64,000 nucleotides of DNA from Penicillus capitatus (lineage: Eukaryota > Plantae > Chlorophyta). The stretch covers positions 236,101 to 300,100 of the forward strand of contig OZ287704.1 of the NCBI GenBank assembly GCA_965649825.1, written 5' to 3'. Position numbers and translations under genes: made by a program. This document shows, in pieces, positions 51,045-61,759 of this stretch. Position 1 is the first letter of the stretch. Each line of letters starts with the position of its first letter. Below the pieces are notes generated by a model that had not been told where the DNA came from, made no database searches, and saw only the letters and a program-made list of their open reading frames with translations.

Positions 51045-52192
51045 ATGGCAGTGTCTGGAACGGCAGGTGGACGTATTGCACCGGGTGTTGGCGCAAATCT
51101 CATTGGACAACATGCACAGGACAGAAACCAAGATGCCACGATCTACGTCGGCAACCTCGACCCATCCGTCACATCGAATCCTTCACGAGGGAGACCGTGG
51201 AAAAGGGCGTGCTCATAGGTAACAGAGGAGATGGTGTGGGAGCTCTTTACTCAGGCGGGGCCCGTCGTGAATGTCTATCTGCCAAAAGACAGAGTGACGA
51301 ATGCCCATCAGGGGTATGGATTCGTGGAGTTTCGTGGAGAGGAGGATGCAGATTATGCCATTAAAGTACTGAACATGATCAAAGTCTTTGCAAAACCGAT
51401 ACGCGTCAACAAAGCTTCGCAAGACAAGAAGATCCTCGACGTCGGAGCCAATCTCTTCATCGGCAATCTCGACGCAGATGTCGATGAGAAGGTAAAGAGT
51501 GAACGTGTTGAGAAATGTGTGACGGATAAGTTAGCTGCTCTATGATACGTTCGGTGCATTCGGCGTGATCATTGCGACGCCCAAGATCATGCGCGATCCG
51601 GATAATGGAAACTCAAGAGGGTTTGGATTCGTCAGCTATGATTGCTTCGAAGCGGCGGACAGTGCGATCGAAGCGATGAATGGGCAGTTCCTCTGCAATC
51701 GACCGATCTCTGTGTCTTACGCTTTCAAGAAGGATACCAAAGGCATGAGACGTGACCCACTGCTAGAAAAAGCTGAATGTGTGTATGCGAGCAGGTGAAC
51801 GGCATGGGACGCCGGCTGAACGATTGCTGGCGGCACAGCAACGTGTGAAGATGGCGCAAATGAATCGTCCGCATACTCTGTTTGCCGCCGGTCCTCGAGA
51901 CCAAGAGGCAATGTTAGCGGCACAACAGGCGACATCTGTCAACAGCTATGCTGCTGCTGGTTATCAAGATCCTACGACAGCCATGACAGCGACCCAGTGG
52001 CCCGGGGCTCATCAAGGATACTATGCTCCCGGCGCTGATGCATCGATGGCAATGTGGAATGCCAACGGGAGCCATGCGATGCAAGGGGGAGGGGGATGGC
52101 AACAAGGCATGCAGGCAGCGCCGCCACCCAACATGCCTCCGCCGCCAATGGCACCACGTCCAATGCAGTCGATGACACAGAATCACCCTTAA
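51045..52192 (+). CDS. SF3B4: Splicing factor 3B subunit 4 (SAP49), 3 introns
   Basis: [60 protein letters not shown]|GERHG, and a Pro-rich tail. Confidence 0.95.
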
Positions 52193-52232
52193 GCTTTGTC
52201 AAGCGAGCAAACAGCGGATGGATAGATCTCTC

Positions 52233-52237
52233 TGTAA
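52233..52237 (+). promoter_or_regulatory. TGTAA poly(A)-signal candidate for SF3B4
   Basis: TGTAA 40 nt after the stop. Confidence 0.55.
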
Positions 52238-52428
52238 AACGGAAAGGAGATTTAACATGGATGTATGTCTAAGTATGCGTGCACACAGTGCTGCTTTCCA
52301 TATTCGATACTTGAGTGAGTCACAGCACACATGTTAACTTCTCCTCTTCTTAGTATGGCTGCCCATCTGTCTTTTGCAGTAACTGCAAATCATCAACGTC
52401 CGCAACAAAACTATGCGCAGCAAACAAG

Positions 52429-55400
52429 TCAGGATTGCAGATCGTGTATGGAGTTGATGGGACGATCCAGGTACTGCTCGATGAACAACCTTGACTGAGC
52501 CAAGATCTGATTTCGTTTGTGTGCCGCTTTCCTGAGCTTCTCATTCTCTTCCTCCAAACGACTGGCATGACGTTTGAGATGATTATATCGCTCGTCTCCA
52601 TGCGAGGACGATGACAAATCCACGGAACTGGCTGACCTCTCGGTCTCCATTGCCTTCAACTGAGCACGTAACCGTTGGATTTCACTTAAGGCTGACTCCT
52701 CTGCAGCCAGAGACTGCGAAAGACGTTTACTCATGGCGATCAGTTCATTCTGTGCCGTTGTATCTGGCGCCGCCTTGACCTGCTGCTCTGCTGCTTCTCT
52801 CTCGATCTCTTTCAAATCCGAGATCTGCTGCTTGAGGATCACCATCTCGGCCTCCAACTTCGCCGAGAGATTCAATGCGTTGCAGGACGATTCCTGTTCC
52901 CTGAGCAGCTCTGCCTCCAATGAGGCAACGCGTTCAAGCAGCTCCATCTCTCGAGATGCCGCGCCATTGAGCTCTGTCAATGACTCCTCCTCTTCAAGAT
53001 TCTCCTGAACGCTCTCGGATATCGATTCAGCCTTGGCTAAGATCTTGGCCGCCTCTTCGATCTCCGCAGCCGCCGCTTCCTTGGCAGCCTTGACATCCGC
53101 AGTCGCCTGTTGCAACTGCGCTTTCAGTTCTGTGCATTCTGCCTTAGACTGTTCATAGAGGTCTTGCGATGCCTTCACCTTCTCCGTCTCGCCCGTCAAC
53201 TGCGATTCCAGATTTGACACCTTCTCCTCGAGACCTTGCTTCTCTTCGAAGAAGCTCTCCACTAATCCCTCTTGCTGTTTTGAGTACTCCTCCAATGACT
53301 CAATCTGTTTGCTGAATTGATCCATGCTCTGTTTTCCTTTGGATTCCAGATCTGAAACCGTCTTCGTCAATGCATCAATGCTCTTCTGTTTCTCGTCGCA
53401 CTCGCTCTTCAGTTCGTGCAGCTGTGCGTTCATTTTCGATGCAACATTGTCCGTCTCAGTCATTTCGACTTCCATCTCTCTGTTCAATGTCTGCATAGAT
53501 GTCACTTGTCCTCTCAACGCCTCCACTCTTTCATTCGCTAATCGCGCATCGTCCTTGAGAGTGAGGATCTCTTGGTCACGAACCGAAATGATGCGTTGAC
53601 GTTGGGAAAGCTCATTCTGCAATTTCGTCATTTCCTTCTTAATATTCTGCACCTCGGTCTCAGCTGTCTGCACCGCATCGTTCGATTGCTGGAGCTCTCT
53701 CTTCAAAACGGCGATTTCTGTGATGCGCTCTTGCTGCGATGCATCAGAAGAGTCTTTCAGTGTGGCAAGCTTCGATTTGAGATTCTCATACTCTTCCTTA
53801 GCAGCCAAAATATCGACCTCCTTCGTCTTGATCGTATCCTTTGCTTCCTCCAACTGCGTTCGAATTTCTTCCATCTCTTGCGTCTTTGCATTCAACGACT
53901 GTTCCATCTCACTCTTTTTTGCCTCCAGCTGCTGAGTGAGATCATGAACCGTCGTTTTCAGCTCACGGTTTTCGTTCTTGTGCTCCTGATGATACACAAT
54001 GATCCTCTGCGCTTCCTGCTGACGATCGACGATCGACAGAAGCTCCTCGTGATATTGTCGCTGGTACTCACGTTTTTCTTCTTCTCCTTTTAGCAGCTGC
54101 GCCTTCAACTTCTCCATTTCTTTCTCGAGTGCCATCCTTTGCTGATTGAGAGAGGCTGCTTCCCGTTGCTGCCGTTCAGCTTCGGCCTTCAACGTTCTCT
54201 TCTCTTTGTGCGATGCCATCAGTCGATTTGACTTCTCTTCCATCGATCCCTGCAGAATCGTCGCGCGCTGCTCTAACTGTAGACACTTGCGCTCGCTGCG
54301 CACATAATCCTTCTCCAATGACTGGTACTGTTGCTCTGCCTTCTTCCGCTGTTCCGTCATCTCATCGATTTCTGCCTCGAGCACCGGAACGCGAACTTGA
54401 AACCGCGTCAGCTGAGTTTTGACATGAGTAAAGGCGTGTTCATCCGCCGACCCTCCTCTGTTCTTCAACTTCTCCTCCAGCATCGCATTGATCGACTTCA
54501 ACTCGGCACACTCTCTCTTCAATTCCGCCAGGCGACGCTGCGTTTCATCCAGATCCGATTTCATTGTTTCAAAGGACGATGTGAGCGTGTTCAGTTTCCG
54601 TTCTTTTGTGGCCAGGGTGAACTCAAGACCCACAGATTCCTCCTTGAGTTGTTCTCTCTCCTGTCGAATCGACTGCACATCTTTTGTCCATTCAAGCTCC
54701 TTCTCGGCATAGAGAATCTGCAATTGGCTCAATTCCTTCGCCAGGAGTTCCTGATCTTGCTGCAGCTGTTTCTGCGTTCGCTCGATCTCATCCGCTCTCC
54801 GCTTTGCCTCCCGTGCTGTCTCCTCTGCCTTAACCTTCTCTTCCGTTGCCTGCTTCAGCGATGCCGATACATTCTGCAATACAGCATTTTGCTGCTGCAC
54901 AATTTCTGAGAGCTTTCCCACGTCGACGGGTCCCGACGATCCCTCTCTCGACTGAAAACTCTCCGAATGGTTGCGGAGCTCCGATTCCGCATGAGCCAAT
55001 GCGTCTTCGAGTTCTCGATAGCGCTCCATCGAGGTCGTCACATCGGCATCTCGATCTTGCTGCAGTCGCTGCATCTCTTCTTTGAGGCCATGAACTTCTT
55101 GACTCCGTTTCTCCAGCTGCATTTCTGTTTTAGACTGTTGCTCTCGTGCCTCATTCAGCAACGCTGATGTTTTCGCCAGCTGATCCTCGACGATCCCTAA
55201 TTCGCGTGTCTTGTCCGTTATCGTCACGTGGAGCTCCTCAACGAAGGACACCAAATGACGCCCGTGATGTCGAAGACCGCTGAGCCAACCCTCCGACTTT
55301 GTCTCTGCTGACTCGAGCAGTCTGGCAAATTCGCCACAATGCGCCGTCGGATCTCTGCTTTCAGTCGTCGAAGGCCTTGTCTCAGCGCGACAAGGTCCAT

Positions 55401-55569
55401 GACGGGCGAGACGGCGCAGGCGGAAGTGAGGGCGCAAAGAGGTCGTTGCAAGTTTGGAACGCGCGATGAAATGCGGCTTCGTTATGGAGAGACAGATGTA
55501 AGGTACTGCGGCATTTTTGGCAACACTATGTCGCGCCGAGGGTCTAACACTATGCATGAAGGTCAACAT
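52429..55569 (-). CDS. Large (about 1040 aa) coiled-coil protein with a transit-peptide-like N-terminus, apparently single exon
   Basis: Continuous E/K/Q/L heptad-rich ORF. The N-terminus (MLTFMHSVRPSARHS...RHGPCRA) is S/R/A-rich and lacks acidic residues. Confidence 0.75.
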   Translation of the reverse strand: MLTFMHSVRPSARHSVAKNAAVPYICLSITKPHFIARSKLATTSLRPHFRLRRLARHGPCRAETRPSTTESRDPTAHCGEFARLLESAETKSEGWLSGLRHHGRHLVSFVEELHVTITDKTRELGIVEDQLAKTSALLNEAREQQSKTEMQLEKRSQEVHGLKEEMQRLQQDRDADVTTSMERYRELEDALAHAESELRNHSESFQSREGSSGPVDVGKLSEIVQQQNAVLQNVSASLKQATEEKVKAEETAREAKRRADEIERTQKQLQQDQELLAKELSQLQILYAEKELEWTKDVQSIRQEREQLKEESVGLEFTLATKERKLNTLTSSFETMKSDLDETQRRLAELKRECAELKSINAMLEEKLKNRGGSADEHAFTHVKTQLTRFQVRVPVLEAEIDEMTEQRKKAEQQYQSLEKDYVRSERKCLQLEQRATILQGSMEEKSNRLMASHKEKRTLKAEAERQQREAASLNQQRMALEKEMEKLKAQLLKGEEEKREYQRQYHEELLSIVDRQQEAQRIIVYHQEHKNENRELKTTVHDLTQQLEAKKSEMEQSLNAKTQEMEEIRTQLEEAKDTIKTKEVDILAAKEEYENLKSKLATLKDSSDASQQERITEIAVLKRELQQSNDAVQTAETEVQNIKKEMTKLQNELSQRQRIISVRDQEILTLKDDARLANERVEALRGQVTSMQTLNREMEVEMTETDNVASKMNAQLHELKSECDEKQKSIDALTKTVSDLESKGKQSMDQFSKQIESLEEYSKQQEGLVESFFEEKQGLEEKVSNLESQLTGETEKVKASQDLYEQSKAECTELKAQLQQATADVKAAKEAAAAEIEEAAKILAKAESISESVQENLEEEESLTELNGAASREMELLERVASLEAELLREQESSCNALNLSAKLEAEMVILKQQISDLKEIEREAAEQQVKAAPDTTAQNELIAMSKRLSQSLAAEESALSEIQRLRAQLKAMETERSASSVDLSSSSHGDERYNHLKRHASRLEEENEKLRKAAHKRNQILAQSRLFIEQYLDRPINSIHDLQS

Positions 55570-55664
55570 CGCTCCAGGGTTCTCGAAGATCTGAAAAGCG
55601 CAGAGGTGGGGGGGTGACAGTGGTGTCGTACGACAGAAGTTGACGTCGGCTTCCGTGGCGCACG

Positions 55665-56760
55665 ATGTAAGCGAACGAGCCACATCGGTCCAGTCGGATG
55701 CAGATGATGGAGTATGTTTGTGCAGGCACTGTCGACTGCTGAAGGCACGTGTCAAGCACGAGACCCATAGGCGCCGGAACATCTCCAACAGAAGCCGTCA
55801 TCACATACCGAAGAGATTCAGATGCCCGAGGATATGGGCCACCGTGCGTCCCATTGAGAAACTGGGAGAGCTGCGGGCGAAGCTCAAGGCGGAAGCACCA
55901 CGTCCCATCGATACTGTACTCGATGAAAAGGTCACAGCACCTGTTCCTTCTTCCCGGCGATATGGAAGTGACGGCAGGCTCTCTTGGCCGGAAGCAGTTT
56001 TCCCATCAAGCCAGAGGATCTGATTGAACGGGCGAAAGAGATTTTGATCGAACAGAGTCTCGATTTCTTGTCGAATCCCGAGACGGTGGACACCAAGATG
56101 TTTGTGTTCAAATCGCCAGTGATGGGACCGCTCACTTATGCAGAGCTACGACGAATCTACACGTCTTTCTCCTTGCCCGAGGCTTTTCCTGGATTCTTCC
56201 CTTGTTACCACAACTTTTGGGTTGATCCTTATGAACCATCTCGCGTTTGGTTCACCGTCAGGTCTCTCCTCTTTATCTTTCAGACATCGAAAGGCAACGA
56301 CGACGCGTGTAGATCGTATATGAAGAATACAGGACCACTTCTGGGCCATTCCCCTACAAACAAGGCATGTATGGCACGTGAGATCACGTTTGGGACGGGG
56401 ATCTCTGTTCTAGACAGTGGACGAGACGCCTTGCATGCACTCTTTGGTGTTCAATGCCGAAGGAAAGATCGTCAAGGCCACTGTTGGTTATCCAATGGAC
56501 AGAGTCTCGCTCCAAAAGGCCTCTTGCGCCGATGATGTGACGTGTGTTGATAGGACTTGGGAAACACGGGTGGACTGGGTAGTGTGTTTGGATCTTTCTA
56601 CGCCATTGGCAAACCATTCCCCTTCCCAGAAGCGCAACCCCACAAACCGAGCCTCGGCTTCAGGGTATACACACTCATCCCTTCGCATCAAAGCTGCCGT
56701 CACTGTGTCCAGATCTTTGCATTGGTGAACAACATCTCAGGCTTCTTCAAGCATAATTAA
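55665..56760 (+). CDS. Uncharacterised plastid-type protein, tandem paralogue A (possible NTF2/SnoaL-like fold), 6 introns
   Basis: Motifs shared by all three copies: HNFWVDPYEPSRVW, GYPMDR|DLGNTGG and PFPEAQP. The start codon is split by intron 55667-55725. Confidence 0.75.
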
Positions 56761-57073
56761 TCAGACAATGGAGTTTGTACAGAACACGCCGACTCCATGA
56801 AAGGATCGTTGTTGGACGGGCAGAAAGCCATGGGTAGATGAATGCCTTCTTTCATGTATGCTTAGTGAGAACTGTCAGTGTCCGAATGCGGCAGTTGGGA
56901 ACCGTTTCGGACATGAACGTGTCGTTGCATAGATGCTGCAATGTATGATCCATTACAGTAACACCGTCTGACGCATCCGATCTGCAGATTCGACTCGGAT
57001 GCGTTGCGCAATTAGTAAATGGGTCCATGACGTCAACATCAGCGCAACGGATCAGACGCAATGGTCTGTGAAA

Positions 57074-58127
57074 ATGTGTAGCGTCACTGTCTCTGCGCGC
57101 TTAGGTAAAGGGTGTCCTCTCGTGAGATCACCTGCTCGTCTTGGCATCTCTCGTCATGTTCAACGCCGTACACGTCGTGCCGTCGCTGCAGCGATTGATG
57201 AGACCGACCGTTTGACGACGGCGGAGGAACAGCTCAAAGCGGAAGCCTCGCGTCCAGTCGGAAAGTTTCTCGACGAAAACGTGAGATCATCCGGTTACCC
57301 AGCCAATTTCGAACGCGTGTCCTTCTCAGGCCATTTTAGCCAAGAGCTCGTTTCCCATTCCTCCGGCTGAGTTAATCGCCCGTGCCAAGGATTTGCTGGC
57401 GAAAAACGAGCCAGATTTCCTGGCCGATCCCAACGATGTGGATGTAGAGAGTTTTGCATTCAAGGCTCCGTTTGTCGGACCCCTCAGCTATGCCGAAATG
57501 CGCAAAGCGCTTAAAGGCTTCGATCTATCTGGTGCCTTTGAACTTATTCCTTGCCATCACAACTTCTGGGTCGATCCTTATGAACCTTCTCGCGTCTGGT
57601 ACACATCCAGGTTGCCACTCTTCGTAGAACGTCGATGGATATCTCTATTCACATTTGGGAGATGTGCAGGCCATATGGTAGGCATATAGGTCCCGTAATG
57701 GGCAAACCACCCACATACAAGGTAGGTGTTCGACAAAATTGTGTCAGGTGATGGGCAGCGAGTGCAGGTGATAGATCAGACACCCTCAACGAACTCCTTT
57801 GTGTTCAATGAAGAGGGTAAAGTCGTCAAAGTAACGATTGGCTATCCAATGGACAGAGTACACGCTTCAACGCTGTTGCGCTCTGTACAACTATGTAAGC
57901 GATTTCTGCAGGATCTTGGAAATAGTGGAGGGATGAGTGCTGTCTTTGGACTGCTGTATGCTGTCGGCCAGGGGCTTCCTTTTCCAGAAGCGCGACCTTA
58001 CGAACCAAGCCTCCAATTCAAAGCAAAACAACTCCATAGACTCCCGCTCTTGACCAATAGTAGCACCATGCTCTAGGTTCTCTCTTTCATTCGAAAAATT
58101 ACCAAAGGTTTCAAGAAACAGGCCTAA
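57074..58127 (+). CDS. Uncharacterised plastid-type protein, tandem paralogue B, 5 introns
   Basis: Same motifs and intron positions as paralogue A. The last intron is GC-AG (58023-58076). Confidence 0.75.
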
Positions 58128-58335
58128 GCAAAGACCGTATATGCTTTCGTACTTATTTTAATCATTTTTCGCATGCCTTATACAATACTCGAAAAAGATA
58201 CCCCACAATGAACCAGAGCGCAGAATTGAGAAGAGAGTAAGAGGTGACGTAACAAACGCATGCACAGACACAGCGCCGTGCTGTACGAAAAGGTCTTCAC
58301 ATTCGTTTCATTACACATCAGGGGCGCGTTCGACG

Positions 58336-59440
58336 ATGTGATGACCGACGTCTGTGTGGACCCACGCATTCAACAGCGTCTGTTTTGCAGGTCTCGCCTG
58401 GTGTCGGCCGCGGGGTACGCAACGGCATGTCCACAAGCCTCGTTGCCACACAGGGCGTTGCGTATTTCGAGCAGCCGTGTGCGTCGCTCTTTGACAATTG
58501 TCCACAGCAGCAGCGTCGAGAAGGTAGATGAATCAATGGAGAAGCTCAAAGCCGAGGCCCCACGCCCAATCGGTTTCATCTTGGACGAAGAGGTGATCAT
58601 CGCCGATCAGGCGTCTTCGGTGTTACAGATCACCCATTGTAGGCTATCCTATCTAAGAGTTCCTTCCCCATCAAACCAGCAGATCTCATTGCTCGAGCCA
58701 AAGAGGTTTTGGCGAACGACAAAGGGGGTTTCCTGTCCGATGCAGAAGATGTCGACACAGAGGCCTTTGTGTTTATGTCGTCCATCTTTGGGCCTCTGAA
58801 CTATGCACAAGTGCGCGAAATTTCCAAGTCCTCTAAGATGAGAGAGGCTTCTCCTGTCTCCTTTCCGTGTTACCACCACTTCTGGGTGGATCCTTCTGAA
58901 CCCAGTCGCGTGTGGTACACTGTCAGGTATCGCCCTTAATGCATCAGACAATCAACTAAACAGAGCTCAATATCGCCAGGATGTACACGAAGAACACAGG
59001 CCCGATTATGGGTCAGCCTGCCACAAACAAGGCATCTCCATCCCATCGGAGAACGACTCGACAGAGAGAGATCCTGTATGTACCATAGGTCGTCGATGCA
59101 ACGCCTTGTATGCACTCTCTTGTGTTCAACGAAAAGGGGAAAGTCATAAAAGCCACTACCGGCTATGTCATGGACAGGGTGCGTGTTACGGCAGATAACG
59201 GTGATTGTGATCTGTGAGTGAGCTCGCAAGCAGGATCTGGGCAATACAGGAGGACTGAGTGACATCCTTGGGTACCGTTATGCTATTGGAAGACCTTTGC
59301 CCGTTCCCGAAGGTCGACCCTATCAACGCAGCTTTGCCTTCCGCGTAAGAAACCTCTCCCTTCCGTATCGTGTGTGTGAAATTTGTGCCCAGGTGTTTAA
59401 CTTCATAACTACTGTGGCGCAAACCTTCAAGAAAGGATGA
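58336..59440 (+). CDS. Uncharacterised plastid-type protein, tandem paralogue C, 6 introns
   Basis: Same motifs and intron positions as paralogue A. The start codon is split by intron 58338-58390. Confidence 0.75.
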
Positions 59441-59700
59441 GGACCACTCCCATCATACCATTCCCACATTCTCAGCCCCAACAATACATTCTTTGTTTCC
59501 ATAAGGTGGCGCGTTTTCGTGTCAATCTGCATTGCATCCAGTCTACGGACTACCTGAGCGACGACGATCGAGCTTCGATCTCGATTGCGCGGCACGTAGG
59601 GTGATTCACTTCGTCATGCGCGATGGGACACGTGATGTGACAGCTTTCGCAGACGATGGGATCGTGACAGTTCACCGGTGAAGGCGTTCGATTGACGGCA

Positions 59701-60984
59701 ATGGCGTCCTACGACCTGACCTCGCGTATTTCGCCTTTCCTCGACCGTCATCTCGTTTTCCCTCTCCTTGAATTTCTTCAAGGACAGGAACTCTACTCCC
59801 AGCGCGACATCTTCGAAGCCAAAATCGAACTGCTGAAGAAAACGAACATGGTCGATTTTGCCATGGACATCTACCGCGCCCTAAACGACACCGAGGATGT
59901 GCCGGATGAAATGATGACCATTCGCGCGGATGTCGTTGCCACACTGCGTAAACTCGAAGCCGATGCCAGAACCATTATGCATTTCCTACAAGACCCAAAC
60001 AACGTCAAAAATCTGCGGCAGGACAAAGCCTTGAATCAGAAATTCCTGGAGGAGTCGTATAAGATCGGTCCGGCGCAGATCGATGCTCTCAGTCGATTTG
60101 CCAAATGCCAATTCCAGTGCGGAAACTACGGATCTGCATCGGAGCTCTTACAGAGCTACCGTCTGCTCTGCACAGATCCCAAGAAAAGTCTAAGTGCTTT
60201 GTGGGGGCGCTTTGCTGCGGATATCCTTCTACAGAATTTTGATTCGGCTCTGGAGGATCTTGGCAAACTGAAAGAAGCGTTCGATGCGACGCAATCTGTC
60301 ACATCACCGCTGATGCAGCTTCAACAGCGAACTTGGCTCATGCACTGGGGACTGTTCGTTTTCTGGAATCATAAAAACGGAATGCATGCTCTTATCGATC
60401 TATTCCTTCAGGATGATCGATATCTCAGCGCACTGCAAACGAACGCACCACATCTTCTGCGTTACGTCGCGGCCGCAGCCATTGTCAGCGTTCGTCAGCG
60501 CTCTGTCGTTAAGGACCTTGTCAAAGTTATCGAACAGGAGAAGTATCAGTACTCCGACGTGGTTACCGAATTCCTGGAGTGTCTCTATCTGCACTACGAC
60601 TTCGATAGCGCCCAAAAAAAGCTTGAGGAATGCCACGATCTGCTGGAGAATGATTATTTCTTAGCTGGGTACAAAGAAGACTTCGTTGCCAATGCACGAC
60701 TGGCAATCTTCGAGACGTACTGCCGTCTGCACAAGTGCATCGATATTAAGACGATATCCGCAAAGCTCGATATGGACATCGAGACGGCCGAAAGATGGAT
60801 CGTCAATTTGATCCGCAGTGAGAAGCTGGACGCGCATGTCGACGAGAGAGCAGGGACCATTGTCATGGGTGCTTCGTCCAATCCGTCCATTTTCGATCAG
60901 ATCGTCGATCGGACACGAGATCTATCGATCCGTACTTTCCGTCTCGCTAATGAAGCCGTTGCTGACATTCCTGCGGCATTGTGA
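59701..60984 (+). CDS. EIF3E: Translation initiation factor 3 subunit E, intronless
   Basis: YDLTSRISPFLDRHLVFPLLEFL, TNMVDFAMDIY, LQQRTWLMHWGLFVFWN, and a PCI domain (AERWIVNLIR). Confidence 0.95.
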   Translation: MASYDLTSRISPFLDRHLVFPLLEFLQGQELYSQRDIFEAKIELLKKTNMVDFAMDIYRALNDTEDVPDEMMTIRADVVATLRKLEADARTIMHFLQDPNNVKNLRQDKALNQKFLEESYKIGPAQIDALSRFAKCQFQCGNYGSASELLQSYRLLCTDPKKSLSALWGRFAADILLQNFDSALEDLGKLKEAFDATQSVTSPLMQLQQRTWLMHWGLFVFWNHKNGMHALIDLFLQDDRYLSALQTNAPHLLRYVAAAAIVSVRQRSVVKDLVKVIEQEKYQYSDVVTEFLECLYLHYDFDSAQKKLEECHDLLENDYFLAGYKEDFVANARLAIFETYCRLHKCIDIKTISAKLDMDIETAERWIVNLIRSEKLDAHVDERAGTIVMGASSNPSIFDQIVDRTRDLSIRTFRLANEAVADIPAAL

Positions 60985-61040
60985 GAATGATCGGATGTTG
61001 GGCGGGGATCTGTGCGCTTTGGCAAGGTAGCTGTCACATC

Positions 61041-61628
61041 ATGGACGACCATAAACTCCGACTGCGCTTCGAAAACGGACTGAGCACTTCGCGAGGGGAG
61101 AATGCCGTGCGACGCGTGTACAAGAGAGTCAGGGCAATGCTCAGCAGCTCGTCCCCCGAAGAGCGCCTCGATGCCGCACACGGGCTGCTACGCGACCAAG
61201 AGACGCTGAGAGAACAGCTGCTCGTTCAGCAGTTTCGAGCTCAAAAATTCGCAAAACGTCGCGTCGAGGGCACAACAGAAAACGTAGAAAAGCGCCGCAT
61301 CGATCTCGAAGCCGAACTGGAAGAACGACGTAACACGTATCACGATTTGAAAACACGTTTTCCCAAGACCGAGACAAAAGGGCGACAAGAATCGCGTGAC
61401 CTCCTGCTGCCTGCCTCGACATGCGAAACGCAACTGGCTCAGCTGCGAAAGAGAGAAGAAGAACTCGACCGTCTGATTCATCAACAGCGTCGAGATTTTG
61501 AAAAGTGGAAAGAAATGGCCGTCCTTGTGGAGGACGTCCTGCGTGAACTGCCATCGACGGAGGACCTCCAGACCAAATCCAAATCAACCGACTCACCCGC
61601 AAGCGATGTCGAACCGAGAATAAAGTAA
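61041..61628 (+). CDS. Coiled-coil protein resembling THO complex subunit 7
   Basis: N-terminal KLRLRF...SRGENAVRRVYKRV resembles plant THO7 (RGEPPLKKLQKKF), followed by a coiled coil. An in-frame ATG also occurs at 60987. Confidence 0.5.
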   Translation: MDDHKLRLRFENGLSTSRGENAVRRVYKRVRAMLSSSSPEERLDAAHGLLRDQETLREQLLVQQFRAQKFAKRRVEGTTENVEKRRIDLEAELEERRNTYHDLKTRFPKTETKGRQESRDLLLPASTCETQLAQLRKREEELDRLIHQQRRDFEKWKEMAVLVEDVLRELPSTEDLQTKSKSTDSPASDVEPRIK

Positions 61629-61728
61629 CGACGACTCTGCCGCCATCTCTGTGGACACGTGATGTGTATAGAGTACGGAAGAAAGATATGGATGCCTAAA
61701 TGAGCGGGGTCGAGTCTAGAGGGGTTGG

Positions 61729-61733
61729 TTACA
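61729..61733 (-). promoter_or_regulatory. TGTAA poly(A)-signal candidate for the EbfC-like gene
   Basis: TTACA on the + strand, 26 nt past the stop. Confidence 0.55.
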
Positions 61734-61759
61734 CGTGTGTCCTGTCGATGCGTGCAAAA

